DNA from: Chrysomallon squamiferum
Lineage: Eukaryota > Animalia > Mollusca
DNA length: 64,000 nt
Assembly (NCBI GenBank): GCA_012295275.1
Contig: CM022665.1
Span: 15,686,001-15,750,000, forward strand
Direction of reading: 5' to 3'
In this document: piece after piece, positions 28,401-43,000 of the stretch
Position numbering within the stretch: position 1 is the stretch's first letter
Layout: each line of letters starts with the position of its first letter
The notes under the pieces: model-generated
What the model saw: only the letters and a program-made list of their open reading frames with translations
Told to the model about the DNA's origin: nothing
Databases searched by the model: none
Made by a program: the position numbers and the translations under genes

Positions 28401-31400
28401 AAGTGTACATTTTTTATTTATTTTAATTGTTTATTTACTGTATATTTTCAGGTGCTCTGTAAGGAAGGGCTGCCTCTCAATCCAGTTCAGACTGTACCAA
28501 AGACAATTCCCTATCACACAATCTCTCTCCATGCCCCCGTCACTCTACACAACTACCTACCATATGATTTACAGTTTTCTCTGGAGGTTTGTACAATTTT
28601 ATATATAATCTGTAGTCTTCTTTAAAATATATATTCAGATATTTCAATTTTATATAATTTATTGCTGGGTTTTTTTGTGTTTTTTTTTAAAATAGACATT
28701 CAAAAGTTTAAAAGATTTTATGATTTAAGATTTTGTTTGAAATAAATATTCAGAGATTTAAATTTGTTGTTTTTTTTAATCATATGTGGCTGTTTTGAAA
28801 ATCACCATTGAGATGTTTTAAATTTTATTTTATCTTTGGTTTTCTCTAAAATCAAATCCAGATATTTAAAATTTTATATAACTTGTAGTTTTCTCTGAAA
28901 TCACCACTGAAATATTTTTAAGTTTATATGTATTAAAACATTTATAATCTCTCTGATGACTGTTCTTTTCTTACAAAAGTTGTAAGTTTATTATCCTGAA
29001 AATCACTCTAATGATATATTGTAAGTGTTACTTAGAAATATATGTTACATATTATAGTCATGTAAATATATTTTTCATATAAGAATAAAATCGCGTGTTA
29101 AATATTTTTACTCTTTAAACATAATTATTGTGTTGAATATATATATATACATTTTTACAGGGAACTGGATCATCCAGCAGTCTGACTCATGGAGAAAGCA
29201 CTCCATTGTATACCATCAACCTACAGAAGACATACAAACTGCTCATTTCAGTAAGAAAGTCTTACCACAGCCAAAATTACCTTCTTTTTTATACTTGAAG
29301 AACAAATTTTGTGATATTCATACTTGCACATTCTGTTTTTATTCAGCTGTATTTGAAAAAATTCAGTACTACCTTGGAAATGATTTTCCACTTTCAAAAT
29401 ATTCTTTTAATAAATAAATAAATAGTAATAATAAGGAATACATGTTTATTAACAGTTTAAATGTTTGCTTTCAATTCAAAACAGATATACAATGTAAAGA
29501 CTAAAATCAGATTAATTTTATATAATAAATCAAACAAATTATTTTAAAGTATTTATATATTATTTTGGTTTGTATATACTAAGGTACACTTTATTTGTTC
29601 CATATGACCAACATACAATACCATTAATTAACATTTTTCCCAGTAAACAAACAATTTTTATTTTTTTTTAATTTTGTGAAAAAAACTGATTAGTATCACT
29701 TATTTCTTCAGATAAATGACTACCTTGGCTGTGATTGGAGAGGCAGTCTTGACATTTCTTCAGAGCTGGACGAATTCAAGGCCATCACCATGGAAACTGA
29801 CATTGACATAGAAAATGTCAACAAGTATTTGAGTCTGAGCATCCATGCTGATCACACACAGGCATTAGATCTGTACATATACTCTCCATATTGGATTGTC
29901 AACAAAACTGAACTTCCACTGCAGATCAGGGTATGTCTGTTATCATTCATTTTTTTTTTTTTGTTCGTTTATTCATCAGTTTGTAAATTGTAGCCATTTC
30001 TCTGGTGGCCAGTGAATTATGTTGTTATTTGTTTTTGATGTTACTAAACTTTCATTCCTTATTAAAGTGTGTCTCTGCAGCAGTGATATTGTGTTTAACT
30101 GACATGTTGAATGAGTATTTTAAAGTTATCTGTCTATTTTAGGGCTCTGTTTCTGATGCAGTGTTTGAGTGTGGGGCTATCTCCAATCCAGTGCTATTCA
30201 GGTTCAAGAAATACAAGAGGAAAAAGGTATTTGAGAATTCATCATACAACAAAGTAAAAACAAAATAAATATTTAATTTGAGATTGCTTTATGCAAAATG
30301 ATGTGCTATTACATAGAATTGGTAAGGTACAGAATATAAGATTCTCTGATTTTTATAATTCATTACTGAAAGTTTAAGGTGAAAGATACTTTTTAGTTAC
30401 TTAAAATTCATCATAAGATACAATTTGAAATTCACCTTTGGTAAACTAACTAATTAGTTTTTATTTATTAACAACAACAAAAAAATATACAATGATTTTT
30501 ATTTCTATTTCTAAAAATGAAACTTTTATTATTATTTTTTTGTTGGTTTTATTATCATTTTTCAAGAACATTTAAACTAAAATAATTCTCAGAAGAAACA
30601 CATGTTGGTTATGTTTGTAATTTTAACACAGACCAGATTAAGAGTGTATGAGTCTAAGTGGTCCAAGTCATTTTCTCTGGACACTGTTGCTAGTAGTGGT
30701 GTTGTCATCTGTCACGAGAAAGAGAGACAGCAGAAATACATGGTATGTATTGTCCTGCATTTATCTTCTTCTTTCTTTATTTTGTTAATAATTTATGTGA
30801 TAAAGGAATTACCTTTAACTAATTGTCATAAAATTTGAACAAGTTACAAGTTACTGACTCTAAAAATGTTGAGTTTAGTGTACAAAGTTTATGTGATTGA
30901 TTATTGGTAACTTTTAACATCTTTTTCACAATTCACAGTGATAAGTTTACCAGATTGGTAATTTGTAACTCTTTACAGGTTTTTTTCACAGTTCATTTTA
31001 CAAATGTATGAGATTGGTAATTAATAATTCTTGCATTTTTCTCACTGTTTAAGGTGCAAAATGTATTACATTGCTTAACAGTATAACTGTTTACATTTTC
31101 TTCACAGTTCATGGTACAAAGTCAAATGTCAAATCTGAAACTGACCAAGATCATCACAGTGCTGCCATTTTTTCTTATCATCAACTGTTCAAAACAGAAA
31201 CTGAGATTCATGGAGGAGAATGAAGAAGCAGATCTCTGGTTTGATATCAACCTTGGTGAGGTAAGTAGTTTCCTACAGAAATATTCGTATATCAGTATCC
31301 TTATCTACACATACAGATATTTTAGCATACAGATAATATAAGTAATAATGCTGTTTGCCCATACTTATATATATTATAAATACAAACATACAGACACAAA

Positions 31401-33902
31401 TACTAATATATATTTCTATATGTACACAAATATCAAATGACAATACACCAAAATATGGTCATGCAGGAAATGTATACTAGACACACCCTGTGCATCAGAT
31501 TCAAACTAAATTATTCTAAATACCTATTTTTATTTAAAGTGAAATGATTAATACCTTATTAATTAAAATTTTCAAAATTTTATTTAAGTATATTTTTTAA
31601 AAACATATTTTATACTTCTACATTTTCAACAGTAGTAACAGTTTAAACATTATGTGAAAATTAATCTTCATTTTAAATTATTTTTTTTTTCTAATTTGAT
31701 TGTGTTTCTGAACAATGGTGGTTTTATTTTATTTCTGTTTCAGTGTAAACCATTTTGGCCAACAACAGAATCATTTAACATGTATGTGAAATATGAACAG
31801 AGCATTGTCATGTCTCAGCATTTCCCATTCCGGAAGCCACACACAACAGTCCTGAGAATGCAGCATGGGGTGAATAAATAACTTATTTCCTCTATTGTTC
31901 TTATATTTAGTATAATATTTATTTTATTTTATTACTGGATATAAGACTGTAATGAATAGAATACTACTAATGGTTATCTAGATATAATTTTATAAAATAT
32001 GTTAATTATATAATTACATAAATATGTTACATAATGTCAAAATAATTTTATATTAAAATATTTTTTACTTAACACAATACCTTTTATAATAGTATTTATA
32101 AAACACAAATTAATTTCTAATTAATAATTTATTTATTTACTAATTCATTAATGTAGTTTTCAGTTAGATATATCTAGAATTTAACTTTATTTAGGAATTG
32201 ATTTCTGACTGAATATGTAAGTGATTTCATTACAATATTAACACAATGTTACAACAAAATTGAAAAATAAAATATTGTTGTAGTTTATTAATTGTGGATA
32301 CAGTTTTGTTATTTATATTAATAAAATTAACCTTATTACAAATTTGTCACAGACGGCCATTGTAGTTGAGGTTAAGGGAGGCACAGACTCGCCTATTACT
32401 GTCACATTCAGGGACTTCAGTCCAGGAGATGCACCAGTCCAAGTTGAAAATCTCTGTGAAGATGTGTTCATCAAAATACACCAGAAGTAAGTTTTTAATA
32501 TGCATAAAATATTCTTTTAATACACATCTCTATAATTCTTTTGACATATCTTTTTAAACTTACAAACATTCAAAGGATTTTTTTATGACACCAAATATAT
32601 ATATATATGTATATATATTGTTTTTAAATATTAATTATAATTCCATCAAGATATTCCTTGCATATAATATTCTCAGAATATTCTTTTATATTGGACCAGA
32701 TATAATTGTAAAATTTTATATACATAAGGTTTTCTTTTAACATATACTGGATGTAAGACATAATTCACTCAAGATATTCTTTTAATATATATACTTTATT
32801 TATAATTCACATAAGATATTACTTTAATATATACTGAATGTAAGACAAAATATACAGAAAATATTCTTTTACTATATACTGTGTGATAGATATAATATCC
32901 ATAAGACATTCTTTAAAAAACATTTGATGTAAATATTTTTTAAAAGATATTTTTTTAGTGTATAGCATCAAACTTGGATATTAAATTTCTTCTTTTCCTT
33001 TTTAAAAACAAATCTCCATAGAAACCAAAGTCAAGTGAGTTTGTTGTCAGCCACTCAGGCGCTACTTTACACCTGGGACGAGCCTGTTGCAGAGAGAACA
33101 CTGATGTGGAACGTGTATGGGAGAAAGAAACCAAGTTTTCCTTGTTTTATCAACAAGGTAAAAACAGACCTTTGTAGTTGTTTGTTTAAATTCATTTTTA
33201 TTTAATTTATTCATTCATTCATTCATATATTTTGTTTTGTTTTATTTTATTATATTTTATTTTATTTATTTATTTTGTTTTCTTTAGTTTATTTTTTGTT
33301 TTGTTTAGTTTTGTTTAGTTTTTCTGTTTTCACTTTTTTTATATTGTATTTTATTTTACCAAACAAAAAAATGGATTTATTTTATTTTGTTTTATAATTT
33401 ATATACAAATTTTATTTTATTTTATTTATATATTTATATGTATATTTGTTTATATTGTAAAAATAAGTTTTACCTACACAAATGTTTATGCCTTATTCTG
33501 AAAATGGTTGATTTAATTTAATGTTTTTAACTTACTTATTATTCAGTACTAGATATGAAATGTAGAACATGACATACAGTTGTGTATTACATGGTGTATA
33601 TTTGTTTCTAGGATGGGGCTGGTGAGGTACGTTTAAGTGTGAGATCTCTGAGAACGAATGGACCAACTGATGTCACTGATTCTGTAGATAATCCAGACAG
33701 TAGCCCTGAAGGTAAAACATTTATACTAGCTTGTTTTCATCATAAATTTCTCTGTGTCTTCCATTTACCCTTGAATTATTTGTATGTTTATGATGCATAT
33801 TTTGTAGAATATTAAAGTTAGTGAGAAATATTGAAATTTAGAAAAAGTTTTCAAGCATGATATTTATTTATTTATTTTTAAAGTAATATCAGATTAAAGT
33901 TT

Positions 33903-33935
<33 letters not shown>

Positions 33936-36900
33936 ATGTGTATATATACACACACACACACACACATGCACACACATACACACAAACAAACACTATGTAC
34001 CTAATCTGTATAACCATCCAACTATCCATTTATATTGTTTATGTACATTAATACTGTTACAGATGAGAGTGATGAGACTGATGGCTTGTTGAAAACAGTG
34101 GATGAGAAGTTGCTGGGAAAGATGAGGACAGACAAGATGGTCATTTTCTGGGTTTCTTATCTTGATGGTCTGCAGCGAGTTCTGCTCTTCACCCAGGATG
34201 AAAGAATAGCCAAAAGTATACGAAAAGTAAGTAATGTTTTCATTGGTTCAGAGCTGGATTTCCATTGGCTAAAAGTTTTTCATTAGTTAAAAGCTGGATT
34301 GTCATTGGTTAAAGCTTTACATCATCAAAAGTTGGCTTTTTATTGCTTTAAATCTTTTCATTGGTTATAAACAGTTTATTGTTAAAAGCTGAATTTTTAT
34401 TGGTTGTGTCTGGTATAGCTGTAATATCTGCTTTGTGCTGTATATTGTATTTATCTTTAAAAACCAAACAACTTTATTATATAAACTAACATATTTTATT
34501 CATATTTATTTCAATTATGTCAGAAGAGATACATAATAATAATATTTTTAACTTACTTTGATTATAAATTATTTGAATTCTGATTACAAAAATGACTCTT
34601 GCTATCACAATATTAAATCAAATTATTTTATATTTTGTTCATATGTGGTGGAAGTAAAAATAGATTTATTATATTTCCAATTATTTATTTTGTGCATTTT
34701 TCTGCTAACAATGTATAAGCTTTTAAAACTAGTTACTTCCATCTTTTTATAAGTTAAATGTAAAAATGTTTTAAAAACTCTAAAATGATCTAAATACATA
34801 ACAGTCACAATTTATCCTATCTGTTGCCTAGCAGGAATTCCTTCACATATATAGAAAAAATCACAAAAACACTTTTTGCTAGCTTCTCAAGCCTTTTTTT
34901 TGTATTATTTTCATGCTATATTATTACAAAAACCTTTGATCAGAAACAATTAGTCACTTGAAAGTATAGAAAATATATTTAGTATGTATATTCATTTATA
35001 TATTAAGTTTTCACAACAATGTATAATTACAAAATTCCATATACATTTAGTTGCTTTGAGCTTTGCTTTTGTAACAAATGTAAGAAAAACCTTTTCATAA
35101 TTATCAGTTTTACATACACTGACATGGCATCCATATTTTTACCGTTGTGATCGTTTTCTTTGAAAGGCATTCAAATTCACTGAAAGGCACCAAATCATGT
35201 CAAAACAATTTGAATTATATTCAGACATGAGATTTGTTCATTAATTTGCAGATTCACTGAAATTTCATTTCATTTGTATCATTTTCTTTGAATAAAATTA
35301 AAATATTTAAGATTGTGTGAGCTAGTAGAATCTAAACATTGAATTAAAGAACACTGATTGACAAACTCGTAAAAAATTAGTTTCGACACACAAACCCAGA
35401 CTTTGATCCAGTAATGAAACATGCCTTGCGTATCTCATTTAGTGTCTATGTTAATACAATATATTTTCATTCCAGAAATATGTTTGTGTTCTCATGTTTC
35501 TGTATTTGAATTTTAGAGAATTGGAAAACTAAATTAATTTTTTTCTTTTTTTTCAATAGCATTCACTGAAAATCACTATTGCATTTTCTCTTGTATATAT
35601 TTTTTATTTTCTTACTGTATTCTTAATTATTTTTCGCTTTATGTTCTGTATTTGATAATTTTAGTTTTTTGTGTTTTCAATTTGTTGTATTTTTTGTATT
35701 TATTCACATTTGTTTGCTTTTAAAATTTTATTCATTGTCATTTGCACATTTTCAGAAAACTTTTAAAAATGAAAATTAATAGAAATGGTATTTTTTGTAT
35801 ATTAATTGGAATAATATTCTTTGTTTTTAAATAATAAAAATGTTTTGAAAATATTGTTTTTGGTGGGAATTTGAAATTGTAAAAAATAATAAGTTTTAAT
35901 TTATCAGTTTAAAAAAAAAAAAAAAAAATAGAACATAAATTTTTTAAATAATTCTGAATATGACATCATAGTATCACAGTTCGTTATTATTATTTTTTTA
36001 AATTCATATTTTGAGAAAAAAACATATCTGTTACTGACAGTGGGTATATGTGTTAATTTAAATTAAATATTTTATAAAAATGTGTTTTAATTGATAATAG
36101 TGGGTTTATGTAATATTTAAATTAATTATTTTATAAAGTATTATTAATCGTTCATTAAGGATAAAAGTAACAGTTAAAAATTAATTATTTTATAAAATGT
36201 TATGTAACTGATATTGATGGGTGTATCTAATATTTTATATTTTATAAACTATTATTTTAAAAATGTTGGATTGCATATAAAATAATTTAAACATTTTATC
36301 AAATAATATTTAACTGATTTTCATGTATCTAATAAATTAAATATTTTGTTAAGTTAATGTTGGTGGGTGTCTCTTACAACTGAACTATTTTTTAAACTGA
36401 TGTTGGTGGGTGTGTCTGACATGGAGTACTTTTTGCCCTAGGCTCATGTTCAGAGTGTAGACTTTCCTCGGAGGAGAGGGGTGTTTGAGGTAACTTGCAC
36501 CATTGCTCTGTTTGCCTCAGCATGAATTATGTCCCTTCTGCTTGAACTCTTTTATGCTGAATGCATTTGTTTATTTTTTTTGGCTTCTTTAAACTTTTTT
36601 GAAGTTTTAAAATTGTTATTATTTTTTAATTGAATGTATTTGTTATCTTGATTTTTGTTTTTCTGCTTGTTAATTTTCTATTCTTTTTTTCTTTCTTTCT
36701 TTCTTTCTTTCTTTCTTTTACTTATTTATTTTCTTTGGTATTAAGTGCAATGAGTTTTTTTAGTTTTATATAATACATTTTTTCTTCTGTTTTATTCATT
36801 GCTAAAAAAAATAATTCAAATAAGATTTTGAAAGGAAGATTTTTCTTTTTTAAAAAATAAAAATGACAGCAGCAACAGCAACAAAAACAAATAAATAAAT

Positions 36901-38229
36901 TAAACGTGGAAGATAATGAAATAGATAAACAATAAATAATAACAACCAAGTTAAGTTTAATATCTGAACATCTTAACACTTTTAGTTCTGATAAAATACT
37001 GCCATCATATAAAGAAATATTGCATCATAATAATCAGAAACTAATTAATTTCCAATTAAAACTGCTTCAACTTAGATTATTTTGTTGTTAGTATGTATCT
37101 TGTGATGCAATATCATCAAATTATCAGTTAAATTCATATATATGTGACACGAATGGGTGAGTGGGTGTGATTTTATTACTGGATTGGTAGATACCTGTTA
37201 AATTATATTATTAACATTTATTGTTGATGGAACTAAAAGGAGAAATTATTATATTATTACTACTACTGCTTTGTTATTATTAATAGTAGTAGTAATAGTA
37301 GTATTGCTTTATTATTATTATTTATTTAATTATTTTGTTATTATTTATCAATTATTGCTATTATTTATTTTATTTATTTATTTATTTTGTTACTATTTAT
37401 CAATTATTATTTTTGTTAATTATTGTTGCTGTTACTATTATTATTTATTTATTTTCAGTATTCATCCACACAAGTTATAGAATAAGTACACAAACATGTA
37501 TAAACTTTTGTTGTAAGTCAAGTGTATTTTGAGTACGTGAATTGTTTGTGGGTTTTTATAAGGATCTGTGTGTGTGTGTGTGTGTGTGTGTGTTTATGTG
37601 TCTCTTTGAAAATATACAGATTAAATTTTTTTTTATACACAAACACAAACATAAAATTCCCTGTATTTATTTCACAAAACTGTTGTCACAGAAACAAACA
37701 ACAACAAAAAAAGCATTCATCTTGCTTCTTTTGCTTACATTAATTGTTACTGAATATTAATGTTTTCATTTTATTTAATTTATTATTATTTTTACACTTT
37801 TCAGCTTTACTTCAGTATTTGTTTCTGCCATTCTTATGACAGCATGATACTTTATTTTACAACTTTATATTCATTCTCTTTATTTCAGTTCATTAAACAT
37901 TATAAATAAATGAATAATGTAATTATAAAGATTTCAAAAACTATAACATACATAACATAAACAAATAAAAAACTATCAGTATAAAAAATTATAAATAATA
38001 ACAAGAAACCCAAATTAAAGTACGAATAACAAATAAAATCAAAAAGTAAATCATTTTAAAAACATGAATAAATAAAAAATAAATATGAGGAAATTTAAAA
38101 AAATAAATAAATAAAATAGAAATTGTTACTTCACTTTGATTTTTACAAGAAATATTTTTAACTTTAAATTTTTTGTTTCCTGCCCGTTTTAATTAGTGAG
38201 CCACTTTGCTTCTTTGAAAAACAAATAAA

Positions 38230-38262
<33 letters not shown>

Positions 38263-39359
38263 TGTAATATTTCAACAACAGTTGCAATAATAATTAGTTA
38301 ATAATTTTTATCTGTAGTTTGTTCTGTTAATACTGTTGACTAGTTCTAGTAACTGCATGACCATGGCTTGCACTATTCAAAAAGAAAACTGTTTGGTTGT
38401 CTAGGGATTGAAAATTTGCAGATGTTTTTTTCATGAATCAAAAATTTATTGAATTCTTTTAGGGCATGAAAGGTGTTTAGGTGTTTTTTTTAGGGCTTTG
38501 TAAATTTACAGGTTTTTTTTCTTAGTGCATTGAAATTATATAGATTTGTTTTAGGGAATGAAAATGTTTACTTTTTTTTTTTTTTTTTTGAGCATTGAAA
38601 ATATACAGGTTTTTTTTTAGGGCACTGAAAATTATAAATTGTTTTTTAGGACACTGAAAATGTATAGATGATTTTTAGGGCATACAACATTTTTTTTTTT
38701 TATGGCATTCAAAATATTTTTTTTAATTTTTAAATTTATTTTTAGGATATTGAGATTATATGAATAGTCAAAGAGCAGTAATCCGTTTTATATAAAATGA
38801 ACACAGATTTTTAAATTTAATCAGCAGAAACATTTATATTTATTTATTTATTGTTTCATTAGTTATCTAAAAAAACAACAACAAAAAAAAACTCGCCTTC
38901 AAAAAAGATAAACAACAACAACCAAAACTAAAAAAAAAATTGTAAGAGCTTTTTGTTCCCTTTCTATAGAAATCTTATGAGATATGCATGCTAGCTGCTG
39001 AATCATTTATTAAAATATAACTGATAGACCTTTTATTAAAGTTTGTATTCAGACAGGTTTTTACACTTTTAATCCCTAATTTCTTCTTTGTATTGTGAAA
39101 AGTGAAATTTATATTTTTAAAGTCTGCATTTTTTCTGATGTTATTCTTCTTCTTCAGTGTTTCAAATTTATTATTTAACACACATATACTGATGTACATA
39201 TACAGTGACAGAACTGCAAACAGATATAAAAATACAGGGATATATATTTATATATGCATACATAATAAGTAACAGTTATTACTGTTAAGTTAACAGAGAT
39301 TAAATAAAAAAAAAAAAAAACCAACCAAAATCAAATCCTCATTAAAACAGTACCGCTAG

Positions 39360-39410
<51 letters not shown>

Positions 39411-40053
39411 GTAATAAAAGGAAAGAATAATTTTTTTTTTTCTTTTTTAAATGCAGTTAAAATTTTGTTTCACAATTTCAGTTTTTAAAAATGTATTATT
39501 ATTAAAAATATTTTTTAGGCACAAAAACAAAACCACAGAATAAAAAAAAAAATAATAATTAAAATTAAAAATCAAAATTAAAAAATTAAACAAATAATAA
39601 AAACACCATGTTAATTAATACTGAAATCTAAATAATCAGTTTTAATTTACTAATTTAATTCTTTCTTCTTTACAGATGAATGAAGGAGAGCAGACAACTC
39701 TAGCTTGCTTTATCTCCCTTGATGGCATTACCATGTCCTGTATCAATTCAGCCTATGAAGAGGTTGCCCTCTTTAGCCTAACAAGCAGTCCCACTATGTG
39801 GGAGGTGGAGGTTAATGGGAGGTGGAAGATTCTGAATGCTGAGTTGGCCATGTGGTTAGAAGACCAGTGGAAGAATGAAGTGATAAGGGCAAATTTGCAT
39901 GACCAGATAGAGGTGAATAGTAGTAGTAGCTATAGTAGTAGTAGTAGTAGTAGTAGCTATAGTAGTAATAGTAGTAGTAGTAGCTATAGTAGTAGTAGTA
40001 GTAGCTATAGTAGTAATAGTAGTAGCTATAGTAGTAGTAGTAGTAGTAGTATA

Positions 40054-40093
<40 letters not shown>

Positions 40094-43000
40094 TGTAGTA
40101 ATAATTGTTGTAGTAGCAGTTGCAGTAGTTATTGTAGTATTAGTTGTAATAGTTGTTGAGTAGTAATAGTTGTGATAGTAGTGGTAGTTGTAATAGTAAT
40201 AGTAATAGTTTAGTAGTAGTTGCAGTTATAATAGTACTTACAGCTGTAGTAGTAAAAGTACAAGTTGTTGTATTAGTTGATGTAGTAGTTGTAGTAATAG
40301 TAATAATAGCACCAGTTGTTGTAACAGTAGTAATAGTAGTAGTAGTAGTAGTAGTAGTAGTTGCATTTTAAATGATATGAAAGTTATCAACTAAACTAAA
40401 TTTTGTTGCTATTTTCAGGCTGATCTGGTAAAAATGCAGATGTCGAAGCCGTTCATGGGAGCACTGCGTCGCACGTACCACCCTGGTCTCTGGTTTCAGT
40501 ACAGACATTCTGAACACCACATGGCAGTGTTTTCTAAAATACAGCGACTTCAGGTGAACAAAAATTTATCATATCCTTTTTTCCCAATCCACTTTCTTGT
40601 GAGCAGTTATTCCACTGCAGTAATTTTCTGAAATTAAATAACATTAATATTTTAGATATTTGGACCTATACTTTGTTATTTAAGCTTGTATTTTGTACTG
40701 TGTTATAAAGGCTAACAATTTAATTTTTTAGCTTGACAATCAGCTACAAGATGCCTATTTCCCCACTGTATTCTGTACAGTCATTCTGTCTGTCTGTCCA
40801 TCCATCACTGTAAATGTTTAAATACAAACTTTACTACTATTATTTCATGCTGTATTATAAAGGCCATCATTGTTATTTTTTAGCTTGACAACCAGCTACA
40901 AGATGCCTACTTCCCCACTGTATTCTGTCCTGCACCAATTCCTAGCTACATTCTGAAGAAGACAGGAACCAAACCTTTCATTGAGGTGGGCTTCATGAGG
41001 AGAATAGTGCCAGAAAACAACATAGACACTGTCAGGTAAAACAGTAACTTATTAATCTCTTCAAGCAAAGAATGTTGGTAGCTTTTTCTGCAAGTAAAAC
41101 AAAAATAATAAATTCTTACTTTCATGGATATAAAATATTTTTAGATTTTAAACCAACAAAAATAAAAAAAGTTTTTCTTTGCAGGTGAAAGTAAACTGAT
41201 TGTATTTTGAAGTTAAAAAAAAATACCTTGATGTTATCTGCAAAAAATATCAAATTATTCTCCACAGATTAAACAAAAAAATAGTTTCTCTATGCAGGTA
41301 CAATTAACTTGTTATTTTCACCAGTAGCTATTAGGATTAATAGCAAAAATATTTTTACTTACATTTTCGCACAGTTAGGAGAGTACATTCCACATCATTA
41401 TTTTTTTGTTCTAGTTATTATTATTATTTTTTTAAAGAACCAGTAACTTAATTATTAATTTTGTTTTTATTTACAGATACTGCAAGGTGCTGATTCAGGA
41501 GTTCACAATTCGTCTGGACAAAGGATTCATACTGTCTACATATGACATCTTTGCTCATTTGCAGATACAAGAAGAAGAGGTAATTTGTTTAACAATATTT
41601 TCTTTCCTATTAGGAGGATTCAACTTGTTAGCCCTTCAGATCACAAGTAGACACTTTGTCACTGATCTGCAGCATGTTTATAATCTTAATACCTTTGATC
41701 ACTGCTAGATATTGACTTTCCTTGTATATAAGGCCACACTAAATATAAAATAATTTTTAATTATTTTTCATATTAATGATTAATTTTGGTTTTTGAGTCA
41801 TTATATAATATGAGCTAAAATAGATAATATACTGATGTACATATGGTGGTTAATTTGGTTAAAACTGTGGTACTAATATTCTTATATATTGTTTCATTTA
41901 CTGTTTTTTTTTTTATTATTATTTTTTTAAGAGCTCTCAGTTACGCTCAGATTTACTCATTGCTCAAAGAACTTTACAAGAAGTTGCTGCTGTCATGGTA
42001 AATATGGCATCATTATCCATTCTAATCATAGAAAATTCTAAAATATGAACAAACACAAAAAATCCTCACAAAAACAACAAATAAAAACATTGGTATGAAT
42101 AAAAAGGTGTTTTTTTTAGAAATCATACTAGAAGGACTAAGATTTAGTATCAAAGTGGAGTAAGCAATTAATTGATAACTATAAACTTGTCTTGTACAAA
42201 TGTATCTCTTATACAGAATATGTTTTATAAAGGTTTACATAATAACAAATATCCTATTAAAAAAAATAATAATAATAAATAAATATAAACAAGGCAGCAT
42301 AATTTTCATTGATATTGTTTAATATTTCTGTCTCCCTGTTTTCTTTTTTCTTTTTTTTTTTGTCCAGGAAGCAGCTCGGCCACAAAAAATCTACTTTGAG
42401 TATTTCCACTTTTCACCTCTCAAGGTAAATTTATTGTTATTCTTGAATAAATTAAACATCTGTCAAAAATAAAAATCCTTCTATTTATTATTTTTTTATA
42501 ACATACAGAAAGAGATTTTTTGGATCACTGACATGTTCATGTGATACTGAATAAAAATGTAAACTGAGAAATGTAAAACAAGAAAGGAAAATGTTTATAA
42601 TCATTAAAGAAAAAGAAGAATAAAATCGAGATATTACTGTATTAAGAAAATATTTTGATATGAAATTAAAATAAAAATACATTTGAGACTTATTAAAAGA
42701 AAATGTCTAAGTAAAGAGAGATAACTCTTTTCTGACTCATGTTGTGCATCATTTTTGTATACTTTCCTTTATCACATACTGATTAAGTTAAATAAATGAG
42801 GTAATTATACAAATAATGCTTTGATAAAAAAACCCCAAAAACATCTTACTTTTCAAACAGCATATTTGATATATTGGATTGTGAAATTGTATTTATTTCT
42901 GAATAATAATTAAGGTAATTTAACCCTCTTGTTTCCAGATGCATGTGAGTTTTTCACTTAATGGAACTCCACACGTAGTTAACCAGCGACCATCAAGTTT

